Shown: in pieces, positions 1-8,746 of the stretch | How the letters are laid out: each line of letters begins with the position of its first letter | Numbering within the stretch: the first letter of the stretch is position 1 | From: Candidatus Spechtbacterales bacterium | Lineage (GTDB): Bacteria > Patescibacteriota > Minisyncoccia > Spechtbacterales > 2-12-FULL-38-22 | Reading direction: 5' to 3' | Assembly: GCA_040902285.1 (NCBI GenBank) | Contig: JBBDXP010000007.1 | Coordinates: forward strand, 1,042-65,041 | DNA length: 64,000 nucleotides | Notes under the pieces: model-generated | Databases searched by the model: none | The model's input: only the letters and a program-made list of their open reading frames with translations | What the model was told of the DNA's origin: nothing | Position numbers and translations under genes: made by a program

Positions 1-398
1 CCGAACTGATAAAACTGGCGAAACCTGCCGCGCTGAGGGCGGTCGTGCCTGAACATTGAAGATATATAGTACAGTTTTACCGGCGATGTCCATTTTTTCA
101 TGCCGTGCTGTATGTACGAGCGGACTATCGGGGGCGTTCCTTCCGGGCGCAGGGTTAAAGCGTCTCCTCCCCTGGTTTTTAGGTTATACATTTCTTTTTC
201 CACAATGTCTGTTCCCTGTCCCGTTCCTTTTCTAAAAAGATCCGTAAATTCCAAGGCGGGAGTATCTATCCTGCGGAAATTATAAAAAGACGCGAGTTCT
301 TCAGCGATTTTGTAAAAATGCTGCCAGATGTGCTGTTCCGAAGGCAAAATATCATGCATTCCGCTGGGGGTTTGAAATTGTTTGTTTTTTGTTGCCAT
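1..398 (-). CDS. hisS: histidyl-tRNA synthetase, N-terminal part (gene runs off the window start)
   Basis: The minus-strand frame reads MATKNKQFQTPSGMHDILPSEQ...LRPEGTPPIVRSYIQHGMKKWTSPVKLYYISSMFRHDRPQRGRFRQFYQFG. This matches HisS motifs (LRPEGT, PVKLYYxxxMFRxERPQxGRxRQFxQxG). The ATG is at 398-396 and there is no stop before position 1. It is absent from the ORF track because it is truncated. Confidence 0.8.
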   Translation of the reverse strand, partial: MATKNKQFQTPSGMHDILPSEQHIWQHFYKIAEELASFYNFRRIDTPALEFTDLFRKGTGQGTDIVEKEMYNLKTRGGDALTLRPEGTPPIVRSYIQHGMKKWTSPVKLYYISSMFRHDRPQRGRFRQFYQF

Positions 399-402
399 AA
401 AT

Positions 403-1008
403 TTATGATTTAGAATACGCGGGTCCGTCTATGATGCCCGCATTATAAAAGGGCCACGCCCGGAAAAACACTTTGCCTATTATAAAACGTTCGTCAAGAG
501 AGCCCCATCTACGTGAATCGTGGCTGGCATTTCTGTTATCTCCCAGTACAAAATATTCGGTTTCTCCGAGAACAATCTCCATATCACCGAAAAACGATTC
601 TTTTACATACTTTTCTTCGATTAAAAATCCTTCGGGGTAATCTGCGTTTTTTATAGTGACATTCCCGTTTCTTACTGTGACAGTTTCTCCGGGAAGCCCT
701 ATTATCCTTTTAATATAGAAAATGGAAGTGTTGCCCGGAAATTTAAATATTATCACATCGCCGCGGTTAGGTTCCGACAGGCGGTATGATATTTCGTCTA
801 CCAAAAGATAATCCCCCTGATGATATGACGGCTCCATACTGGCGCCGCGGACAAAAAAGGGTTGCACCAAAAAGTACCGTATCGGTACTATGATAAGCAG
901 GGATATAATGATAATCTTAAATATATCCCACAAAAAATTTACAACACTACCAAGGGGTGATTTCTCAAGCATTAGCCGAATTCTAACACATAAAAATTGG
1001 TTGTGCAA
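403..1008 (-). CDS. lepB: signal peptidase I
   Basis: It has an N-terminal TM segment and the GASMEPS...RIIGLPGETV...GDNRNASHDSRRWG motifs of type I signal peptidase. Confidence 0.9.
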   Translation of the reverse strand: MHNQFLCVRIRLMLEKSPLGSVVNFLWDIFKIIIISLLIIVPIRYFLVQPFFVRGASMEPSYHQGDYLLVDEISYRLSEPNRGDVIIFKFPGNTSIFYIKRIIGLPGETVTVRNGNVTIKNADYPEGFLIEEKYVKESFFGDMEIVLGETEYFVLGDNRNASHDSRRWGSLDERFIIGKVFFRAWPFYNAGIIDGPAYSKS

Positions 1009-1028
1009 TCATCCGTTAAAACGCAAAA

Positions 1029-2009
1029 ATGTTTGAATTTAAAGCAAAAACAGCGCTAATAACGGCAGGTATTATACTGGGCATGCTTGCTTTGGCGGCG
1101 GGAGCAAGCTGGATATCGGGTATAGCCAAAAATGCTTCCGAAAATATAAAAAATAGCCAAATGGAGGAAAATAACCAGTTCGGCCTCCCAAAAACAGAAT
1201 TGAAAAAAGACAAAGAAAGAACAAATATGCTGCTTTTGGGAATAGGCGGACCGGACCATACTTCAGGAACACTGACCGATACGCTTATATTCGCGAGCGT
1301 GAAAACAGAAACTAAAGAGGCCAATTTTATATCCATTCCCCGCGACATGTGGGTTTTTTATGAATCCGAAGATTATCCCAAAGAAGGGGTTTCCCGATTC
1401 ACATACCAGGATGGGTGGCAAAAGATAAATGAAATTTATCACTTATCCGGCGGGCAGGAAAAACCAAACATAGAAGCCGCGCGGCATGTAGCCAAAAAAG
1501 TATCTGAAGTTACCGGACAGCCCGTACACTACGCGGTAATTATAAACCTTAATGGCGTAGAAAAAATCGTGGATATACTCGGAGGCATTGAGGTTGACGG
1601 AGTACATATGACAGGTAATGACGCTGTAAAATACATAAGAGACCGGAGCGGGCCGGGAAGCGATTTTGACAGGATGAAACACCAGCAAGCCGTATTGCTG
1701 GCAATACAAAATAAATTGACAAAACAAGAGGAACTGGGCCTTTCAAAGTTATTGGAATTATATAATGCGGCACAGGAAAATATCGTGACAGACGCGGGTT
1801 CAGACGAATTCCTTGGATTTTACGAACTTATGGGAAAAATAGACCCGGAAAATACAAACATGCACACCATAGCAATAGCCGGCAACAATCTTTTGAGCGA
1901 AGAGTACATAGATCTTAACGGGCAAAACATATACACTCTGCGCCCGTCAGCCGGCAAGGAAAACTATGAAGAAATTCAAAAATTTATCGGCGAGATATTG
2001 GGGATGTGA
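1029..2009 (+). CDS. LytR-CpsA-Psr (LCP) family cell-envelope phosphotransferase
   Basis: It has an N-terminal TM segment. NMLLLGIGGPDHTSGTLTDTLIFASV...ISIPRDMWV resembles the LCP core. Confidence 0.75.
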   Translation: MFEFKAKTALITAGIILGMLALAAGASWISGIAKNASENIKNSQMEENNQFGLPKTELKKDKERTNMLLLGIGGPDHTSGTLTDTLIFASVKTETKEANFISIPRDMWVFYESEDYPKEGVSRFTYQDGWQKINEIYHLSGGQEKPNIEAARHVAKKVSEVTGQPVHYAVIINLNGVEKIVDILGGIEVDGVHMTGNDAVKYIRDRSGPGSDFDRMKHQQAVLLAIQNKLTKQEELGLSKLLELYNAAQENIVTDAGSDEFLGFYELMGKIDPENTNMHTIAIAGNNLLSEEYIDLNGQNIYTLRPSAGKENYEEIQKFIGEILGM

Positions 2010-2070
2010 GATTTGAGATTATGGAGAACTCTTTAGATAAGAAGTATCGGAACTTTCCTATTAAATTTTT

Positions 2071-2667
2071 ATGAACAAAATTTTAATTGCGGGTCTGGGA
2101 AACCCCGGAAAACAATATAAGAATACTCCTCATAATATAGGTTTTGAGGTGCTGGACAGATTATTGGAGGCCTTCGAAAACGGTGGCGGCGCAATAAAAG
2201 AAACTCACGCCCGTGAAGCTGCTGTTTGGGAGCTGTCAACGGAAAACACAAAACTTATACTGGTAAAACCTTTACTTTACATGAATCTCTCCGGGATTCC
2301 CGTAAGCCGGGTGGCCAAAAGCCATGAAATAGATGAATCTAACTCTCTTTGGATAGTACACGATGATGTGGACCTGGACGCCGGAGTTATAAAAGTTAAA
2401 AAAGGCGGGCGAAGCGCCGGGCATAAGGGCGTGGAAAATATAATAAAAGCTCTTGGAAAAAATGATTTCTGGAGATTTAGAGCGGGCATAAGGCCGGCCG
2501 ATTCTCCTGCAAAAAGGCCTCCGGGATTTATGGAAGAATTCGTGACAAAAAAACTTCTTGGCGAGGATTTAAAAACAATGCGCAAATCGGCGGATGTATG
2601 CGCCGAGATGGTATTGGAATCACTGGAAAATGGGATTAGGAATAAAAAAAGGATATTAGGAGTGTGA
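2071..2667 (+). CDS. pth: peptidyl-tRNA hydrolase
   Basis: MNKILIAGLGNPGKQYKNTPHNIGFEVLD is the classic Pth N-terminus. Confidence 0.9.
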   Translation: MNKILIAGLGNPGKQYKNTPHNIGFEVLDRLLEAFENGGGAIKETHAREAAVWELSTENTKLILVKPLLYMNLSGIPVSRVAKSHEIDESNSLWIVHDDVDLDAGVIKVKKGGRSAGHKGVENIIKALGKNDFWRFRAGIRPADSPAKRPPGFMEEFVTKKLLGEDLKTMRKSADVCAEMVLESLENGIRNKKRILGV

Positions 2668-2713
2668 AATAAAAAACTTTACATATAAAAAATAAATGTT
2701 ATAGAAATATAGC

Positions 2714-4684
2714 GTGGACACAAAACAGGTAAAATCCGCAGGAATAGTCCGCATATCCCCCCATATATTAAAAAGGGGGCAATTTTGGTTTGAAAAAAAC
2801 GAAGGCAAAATAAAATCCGAGGCCAAAAAAATAACAAGCTGGTGGAACTCAAATTATAGAAGTATTCAGGTTGACGAAAAATTTCCGCTTGGCGCTATGC
2901 TAAGACAATTAGATGATTGGGGTTATATAAAAACCTCGTTTGTAAAAAGTCCCGGAGAATTCGCGTCAAGGGGCGGGATAGTTGATGTGTTTCCGGTTAA
3001 CTTAAAAAACGCTGTTCGTTTTGAATACTTTGGAGACCTGATAACATCCATCAGTGTTTTGGAAAATGTCTTAAATAAAAATCCCCAAGAAGAACTTAGG
3101 AAAATAATTTATCGTTATCCCGAATCGGCAAAGAGCGGGAAGGCGGAAAATAAAATTCCGGCCAATTTTAAAATAGGCACATTTGTGGTGCACATAGACC
3201 ACGGAATTGCGAGGTTTGCGGGTATGGAAAAAGAAGAATTGATGGTGCTTGAATACGCGAAAGGAGACCGTTTACTTGTGCCAATTTCTGTTTCTGAAAA
3301 AGTATCGCCATATTTGGGATTCGGAGAGCCCAAATTAACGCGCCTGGGCGGCAATATTTGGGAAAAAACAAAAAGAAAAGTTAAAGAAGACCTTGTAAAA
3401 ACAGCGAAACATCTGGCAAAAATATATGCCAAGAGAGAAATGACGTTGAGGCCGGCGTATAACCCGGATATTGATGTTGCCGGCATAGGCGCGGAAACCT
3501 TTGAATACATGGAAACGCCGGGGCAAATCCAGGCCATAGAAGATATAAAAAAAGATTTTTCCAGAACAAGGCCCATGGACAGGATAATCTGCGGAGATGT
3601 GGGTTTTGGAAAAACAGAAGTTGCCATAAGAGCGGCCAGCTATGCGGTGGGGGCGGGATATCAAGTCGCTATAATAACGCCTACCACTGTTTTGGCGCAT
3701 CAGCATTTTAAAACATTCCAAAAAAGATTAGAGCAATCTTCGTATCCGCTTAACGTCGAAAAATTAACCCGCATAGAAAAGCCCGCCGAACAAAAAACAA
3801 TAAAAGAAGACATAAAAAATAACAAATGTGATATTGTTATAGGAACGCACCGGCTTTTACAGAAGGACATAGAATTCAACCGCTTGGGTTTGCTTATAAT
3901 AGACGAGGAGCAGAAATTTGGCGTTAAACAGAAAGAATTTTTTAAAGAAAAAAGATCCGAACTGGATGTGCTTTCTTTATCCGCCACCCCCATTCCCCGG
4001 ACTTTGTATTTTGCGCTTAACGGCATACGCGACCTGAGCATAATTTCGACACCTCCCGTGGGAAAAAGACCAATAAAAACTTTTGTAAGGCCCAAGAGTA
4101 AAAAAATAATCAAGCAGGCAATAGAGAAAGAACTTGGGCGAAACGGACAAATTTATTATCTTCATAACCGGATAGGTTCCATGCCGCTTGCCGCGGAAAA
4201 TTTGAAGCAACTGGTACCCTCGGCTAAAATTGAATACTTGCACGCTAAAATGCCGGAGGAAAAGATTATAGAGATTATGGATAAGTTTGAAAGCGGAAAA
4301 ATTGATGTATTAATGGCAACCACTATAATGGAAAACGGATTGGATTTCCAAAACGCGAATACCCTTATAGTGGAAAACGCGACCGGCCTAGGCCTTGCAC
4401 AAGCCCACCAAATAAGAGGAAGAATAGGCCGGAAAAACAAACAGGCGTACGCGTATTTTCTGTATCCGGGAAAGAAAATGAAAGGCAAGGCGAAAAAACG
4501 TATGCTGGCGCTTGAAGAGGCCGACTACCTTGGAGCGGGGTATGAAGTAGCCATGAAAGACCTGGAAATAAGAGGAGCCGGAAATTTACTGGGCCGGGAA
4601 CAAAGCGGAAATATTGCAAAGGTTGGCTTTAATTTGTATTGCCAGATGCTTGCTGAAGCATTAGAAGAATTACGCTCTGCGTAA
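2714..4684 (+). CDS. mfd: transcription-repair coupling factor, short form lacking the N-terminal UvrB-homology module
   Basis: An RNAP-interaction-domain-like segment (FKIGTFVVHIDHGIARFAG) is present. The SF2 helicase motifs are GDVGFGKTEVAIRAA and DEEQKFG, followed by a C-terminal translocase region. At 656 aa it is far shorter than the usual ~1100-aa Mfd. Confidence 0.75.
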   Translation: MDTKQVKSAGIVRISPHILKRGQFWFEKNEGKIKSEAKKITSWWNSNYRSIQVDEKFPLGAMLRQLDDWGYIKTSFVKSPGEFASRGGIVDVFPVNLKNAVRFEYFGDLITSISVLENVLNKNPQEELRKIIYRYPESAKSGKAENKIPANFKIGTFVVHIDHGIARFAGMEKEELMVLEYAKGDRLLVPISVSEKVSPYLGFGEPKLTRLGGNIWEKTKRKVKEDLVKTAKHLAKIYAKREMTLRPAYNPDIDVAGIGAETFEYMETPGQIQAIEDIKKDFSRTRPMDRIICGDVGFGKTEVAIRAASYAVGAGYQVAIITPTTVLAHQHFKTFQKRLEQSSYPLNVEKLTRIEKPAEQKTIKEDIKNNKCDIVIGTHRLLQKDIEFNRLGLLIIDEEQKFGVKQKEFFKEKRSELDVLSLSATPIPRTLYFALNGIRDLSIISTPPVGKRPIKTFVRPKSKKIIKQAIEKELGRNGQIYYLHNRIGSMPLAAENLKQLVPSAKIEYLHAKMPEEKIIEIMDKFESGKIDVLMATTIMENGLDFQNANTLIVENATGLGLAQAHQIRGRIGRKNKQAYAYFLYPGKKMKGKAKKRMLALEEADYLGAGYEVAMKDLEIRGAGNLLGREQSGNIAKVGFNLYCQMLAEALEELRSA

Positions 4685-4699
4685 TTCTTCTAATGCTTC
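4655..4699 (+). terminator. perfect 21-bp stem-loop overlapping the mfd stop codon
   Basis: GAAGCATTAGAAGAATTACGC pairs with GCGTAATTCTTCTAATGCTTC around a TCT loop. There is no U-run directly after it, so intrinsic-terminator function is uncertain. A tandem GTAGTAAGTAG repeat and a second small hairpin with a T-rich tail follow. Confidence 0.45.
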
Positions 4700-4766
4700 A
4701 AGTGAGTAGTAAGTAGTTGGTAGTAAGTAGTAAAAATAAAAAACACCCTTTTGGGGTTTATTCTTC

Positions 4767-5435
4767 ATGGGGTCGCGAGTTAAAAATTACAATATGAAAT
4801 TAAAATTAAAAATAAAACTCATTGCTTTTGATGTAAACGGAACGATATTGAACGACTTCGATATATTTAGCAACGCGCTAAATAGTATTTTTGATTATTT
4901 TAAAAAGCCCCGTATGAGTGAGGTGCAATTTCGCGATGAATTTACCCAGCCCTGGACCGATATTTACAGAAAAAGAGGTATTTTAGAAGATGTGGCATCG
5001 GAAAAATTTTTATATACTTTATATAATAAAGCATATCAAGCCCAAGATGATCCAAAACCATTTAGCGATTTGGAGCCAGTATTAAAACAAATACAAAAGC
5101 GTGGGTTAACCACTGCCATAATAACTACTCAGCAAAACATTATCACGGACGCGCTTTTGAATAAATATGATTTGGGTAAATATTTTGATTTTCACTTAGG
5201 GGGCGTGGCAGATAAAACCAAAGCATTGCAAAAATTAATAGAAAAGGTAAACATACAACCAAAGCAGACGATGTATATTGGCGACCAAGACAGCGACATG
5301 CGCTTTGCAAAAAACGCATCATGTATTGCTGTGGGTTTCACGGGCGGAACGCACTCAAAACAAAAACTGCAAAAAGCGGGCGCGGATTATATAATTGATA
5401 ACTTTACAGAGCTTGTTAATTTATTAGATATATGA
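4767..5435 (+). CDS. HAD-superfamily hydrolase (phosphatase)
   Basis: IAFDVNGTI (motif I DxD-like) and GDQDSDM (motif IV) are present. Confidence 0.65.
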   Translation: MGSRVKNYNMKLKLKIKLIAFDVNGTILNDFDIFSNALNSIFDYFKKPRMSEVQFRDEFTQPWTDIYRKRGILEDVASEKFLYTLYNKAYQAQDDPKPFSDLEPVLKQIQKRGLTTAIITTQQNIITDALLNKYDLGKYFDFHLGGVADKTKALQKLIEKVNIQPKQTMYIGDQDSDMRFAKNASCIAVGFTGGTHSKQKLQKAGADYIIDNFTELVNLLDI

Positions 5436-6316
5436 AAAACTCTATTTTTGAATTAAAAATTACCGACGCCGAATATCCAAAAATACTAAAGGAAATCCCC
5501 CACCCCCCAAAACTTTTATATTACAGGGGCGATTTGGACGCATTGAACAAGCAACCCGCAATCGCGGTAGTCGGAACAAGAAGATGTTCGGAATACGGAA
5601 AAGAAACAACTAAAAAAATTGTCTCGGGGCTGGCAAAAGCGGGAGTGTGCATAGTAAGCGGAATGGCCAGGGGCATAGATTCATACGCGCATAAAGAAGC
5701 TATAGAAAATGGCGCGCTTACCGTAGCGGTACTCGGCTCTCCGGTTGACGATGAAGAAATATATCCCCAATCAAATGTTAAGCTGGCACACAAAATAATA
5801 GAATCGGGGGGCATTGTTTTGAGCGAATATAAAAAAGGCGAACCCGGACACCCCGGACAGTTTCCGGCAAGGAATAGAATAGTTGCGGGGCTCTCTGGAG
5901 GCACGCTTGTAACGGAGGCACCCATAAAAAGCGGCGCCATGATAACGGCGCGCCTGGCGCTGGACAGCAACAGAGATGTGTATGCGGTTCCCGGAACGAT
6001 ATTTTCGTATCTTTCGGCGGGTTGTAATAAATTGATAGCAAGCGGAGCTAAATGCGTAATGAGCCCGGAAGATATACTGGAGGACCTGGGCTTAAATTAT
6101 GAAATAAGCATAGACGGACTGAAAAATACGGATAATTTAGATGAAGCGGAATTAAAAATTTTAAATGTAATAAATAAATCGCCAAACGCCGTACATATTG
6201 ACCAACTTACCAGAAGTGTTGGGCTTGATACAGAAAAGGTATCGCAAGCAGTAACATCGCTGATGCTGCAGGATTTGATAAAAGAATCAGGCGCAAATTC
6301 ATACATTGCCTTATGA
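5432..6316 (+). CDS. dprA: DNA processing protein DprA (Smf)
   Basis: AIAVVGTRRCSEYG...SGMARGIDSYAHKEA matches the DprA Rossmann core. The dprA-topA adjacency is conserved. Confidence 0.85.
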   Translation: MKNSIFELKITDAEYPKILKEIPHPPKLLYYRGDLDALNKQPAIAVVGTRRCSEYGKETTKKIVSGLAKAGVCIVSGMARGIDSYAHKEAIENGALTVAVLGSPVDDEEIYPQSNVKLAHKIIESGGIVLSEYKKGEPGHPGQFPARNRIVAGLSGGTLVTEAPIKSGAMITARLALDSNRDVYAVPGTIFSYLSAGCNKLIASGAKCVMSPEDILEDLGLNYEISIDGLKNTDNLDEAELKILNVINKSPNAVHIDQLTRSVGLDTEKVSQAVTSLMLQDLIKESGANSYIAL

Positions 6317-8370
6317 AAAATTTAGTAATAGTGGAATCGCCCACAAAAGCGAAGACGATAACAAAATTTCTTCCCGACAACTATACTGTCGTTTCTTCGT
6401 ATGGCCATGTTCGCGATTTGCCAAAAACTGAACTGGGCGTGGACACAGAAAATAATTTTGAGCCCAAATATATTATTCCGACAAAGGCGAGGAAAAAAGT
6501 TGGTGAACTTAAAAAAGAATCCAAGGATAAGAATGTAATACTTGCCACCGATGGAGACCGCGAGGGAGAAGCCATAAGCTGGCACCTTGTTGAGGCGCTT
6601 GGATTGACGGAGGAAAAAACAAAAAGAATAGAATTTCACGAAATTACCAAAGAAGCGATTGAAAAAGCGCTAAAAAATCCGCGCAAAATAAATATGGATC
6701 TGGTAAACGCTCAGCAAGCGCGCCGGATATTAGACAGGCTCGTGGGGTATAAATTATCTCCTTTTCTTTGGAAAAAAGTCGTGAAGGGCCTTTCGGCGGG
6801 ACGAGTGCAGTCGGTTGCGGTCCGGATAATAGTAGAGCGCGAAAGAGAAATACAAAAATTTAAACCGGAAGAATACTGGAGTATTGTCGCATTATTGAAC
6901 AAAGACAAAGAAGATTTTGAAGCATCTTTAAACGCGGTTGACGGTAAAAATTTGGATAAACTGGAAATTAAAAACAAAAAAGAGGCGCAAGAAATATTAG
7001 AAAATCTAAATAATGCCGAATGGAAAGTATCAAATCTTGAACAAAAAGAACACCGGCGCAATCCCCTGCCCCCGTTTACAACAAGTTCCCTGCAACAAAC
7101 CGCGTGGTCAAGATTGCATTACCCCGCAAAACGCACAATGATGTTGGCTCAAAATCTTTACGAAAGAGGTTTAATAACATACCACAGGACCGACTCTTTA
7201 AATGTATCGAGTATAGCGATTGGGGCGGCACGTGAATATATAGAGAATGAGTTTGGAAAAAATTATATACCGGACAAACCCCGTTTTTACAAAACAAGAA
7301 GCAAGGGCGCGCAGGAGGCGCACGAAGCAATAAGGCCCACTTCTCCCCAAAACAATCCTGAAAAGCTTAAACTGGAGGGCCCGCAAAAAAAATTATACAC
7401 ACTAATATGGCAACGTTTCGTGTCCAGCCAGATGGAGCCGGCTATATTTGATGCGGCAACTGTTGATGTGAAGGCAAAAAACCATGTTTTTCGCGCGAAT
7501 GGACAACTTATGCGTTTTGACGGTTTCTTGAGGGTTTATCCTATAAAATTTGAAGAAGCCGAACTTCCGCTGTTAAAAGTAGGAGACAATTTGAATCTTA
7601 AGAAAATAACGCCAGGTCAGCATTTTACAAAACCGCCCGCCCGATACAATGAAGCAAGTTTGGTAAAGGCGCTTGAAAAGCATGAGATAGGAAGGCCTTC
7701 AACATACGCGTCTATAATATCTACCATACAAGAGAGAAACTATGTATTTAGAAATGACCAAAGGCAACTGGAACCCAATGAAATTGGTTTTGTTGTTAAC
7801 GATATACTGGTGGAACATTTTCCGGATATAGTTGATATAGATTTTACGGCAAAAATGGAAAATCAACTGGACAGAGTAGCTCACGAAAAAGAAGATTGGA
7901 CGCAACTTTTGCATGATTTTTACAAACCCTTTGAAAAAACGCTTAAAGAAAAATATGGGGAAGTAAAAAAGGCGAATATGGTAAAAGAAACCGATAAAAA
8001 ATGTCCTAAGTGCGGTAAAAACTTGCTAAAACGCATGGGCAGATTCGGATGGTTTTACGGATGCAGCGGATTTCCGGAATGCAAACACACAGAACCCTTA
8101 AAAGAAAATCCTGATCTAAAGGTGCACTGCCCAAAGTGCGCGGAAGGAGAAGTCGTTGAAAAAAGAACGAGACGCAAAAAAATATTTTACGGATGTTCCA
8201 GATATCCTGATTGCGATTTCGCCCTGTGGGACAAACCCCATATAGAAAAAGTAAAAGGAACCACAAAAAACCATATATCAAAGTGCCCAAAATGCAGTTC
8301 TGTTTTGGTGGAAAAAAAGAACGGCATTAGTTGTTCTAACAGAGAATGTTCGTACGAGAAAAAAGATTAA
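6313..8370 (+). CDS. topA: DNA topoisomerase I with C-terminal zinc ribbons
   Basis: It has the MKNLVIVESPTKAKTI TOPRIM start and a catalytic Tyr region. The C-terminus has four CxxC...CxxC zinc-ribbon repeats. Confidence 0.92.
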   Translation: MKNLVIVESPTKAKTITKFLPDNYTVVSSYGHVRDLPKTELGVDTENNFEPKYIIPTKARKKVGELKKESKDKNVILATDGDREGEAISWHLVEALGLTEEKTKRIEFHEITKEAIEKALKNPRKINMDLVNAQQARRILDRLVGYKLSPFLWKKVVKGLSAGRVQSVAVRIIVEREREIQKFKPEEYWSIVALLNKDKEDFEASLNAVDGKNLDKLEIKNKKEAQEILENLNNAEWKVSNLEQKEHRRNPLPPFTTSSLQQTAWSRLHYPAKRTMMLAQNLYERGLITYHRTDSLNVSSIAIGAAREYIENEFGKNYIPDKPRFYKTRSKGAQEAHEAIRPTSPQNNPEKLKLEGPQKKLYTLIWQRFVSSQMEPAIFDAATVDVKAKNHVFRANGQLMRFDGFLRVYPIKFEEAELPLLKVGDNLNLKKITPGQHFTKPPARYNEASLVKALEKHEIGRPSTYASIISTIQERNYVFRNDQRQLEPNEIGFVVNDILVEHFPDIVDIDFTAKMENQLDRVAHEKEDWTQLLHDFYKPFEKTLKEKYGEVKKANMVKETDKKCPKCGKNLLKRMGRFGWFYGCSGFPECKHTEPLKENPDLKVHCPKCAEGEVVEKRTRRKKIFYGCSRYPDCDFALWDKPHIEKVKGTTKNHISKCPKCSSVLVEKKNGISCSNRECSYEKKD

Positions 8371-8382
8371 AAAAAGGAGTGC

Positions 8383-8673
8383 TTACTCCTTTTTTTTATC
8401 CAGAAGGTTGGTTACATAAATACCTATCAGAACGACTATTAAAGTCACGATTACCGCATAAATAAACTTGGCGGATACGGAATTGCCGTCTTTTGGAAAA
8501 AAATATTCTATTAAAGATTTTATTGCGTCGTTCCACGCCAAACCGGCAACTAGCCCAAATCCTCCGATTATATATGTTGCGGTTCGTTTTCTTATATCTT
8601 TTTTAATTTCGGCAACTTCTTTCGCCACTCTGGCTCTTTTGTTTCTTTTTTTATTTAAATCATTATTTACCAT
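8383..8673 (-). CDS. small membrane protein, hypothetical
   Basis: The ORF has a basic N-terminus and two predicted TM helices. The start was moved to the internal Met (MVNNDL...) to avoid overlapping the rel start. No recognisable family. Confidence 0.35.
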   Translation of the reverse strand: MVNNDLNKKRNKRARVAKEVAEIKKDIRKRTATYIIGGFGLVAGLAWNDAIKSLIEYFFPKDGNSVSAKFIYAVIVTLIVVLIGIYVTNLLDKKKE

Positions 8674-8746
8674 ATAATAAATTGTATCGTTGCCTGTTTT
8701 AATTTGCAAAGACAAATAACTTATAATACGATGTTTTATTAAAAAC

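Noticed and set aside
1016-1348. A 110-aa minus-strand ORF and other small ORFs overlapping the LCP gene, plus many similar overlapping small ORFs throughout the track.
   Set aside because: They sit inside well-supported genes on the opposite strand or in another frame. They have no motifs and are not reported as features.
4700-4735. The tandem GTAGTAAGTAG repeat after mfd.
   Set aside because: It is short (two units) and in a 3' UTR. It is most simply a stop-codon-rich spacer ahead of the terminator. It is not a CRISPR or a coding repeat.
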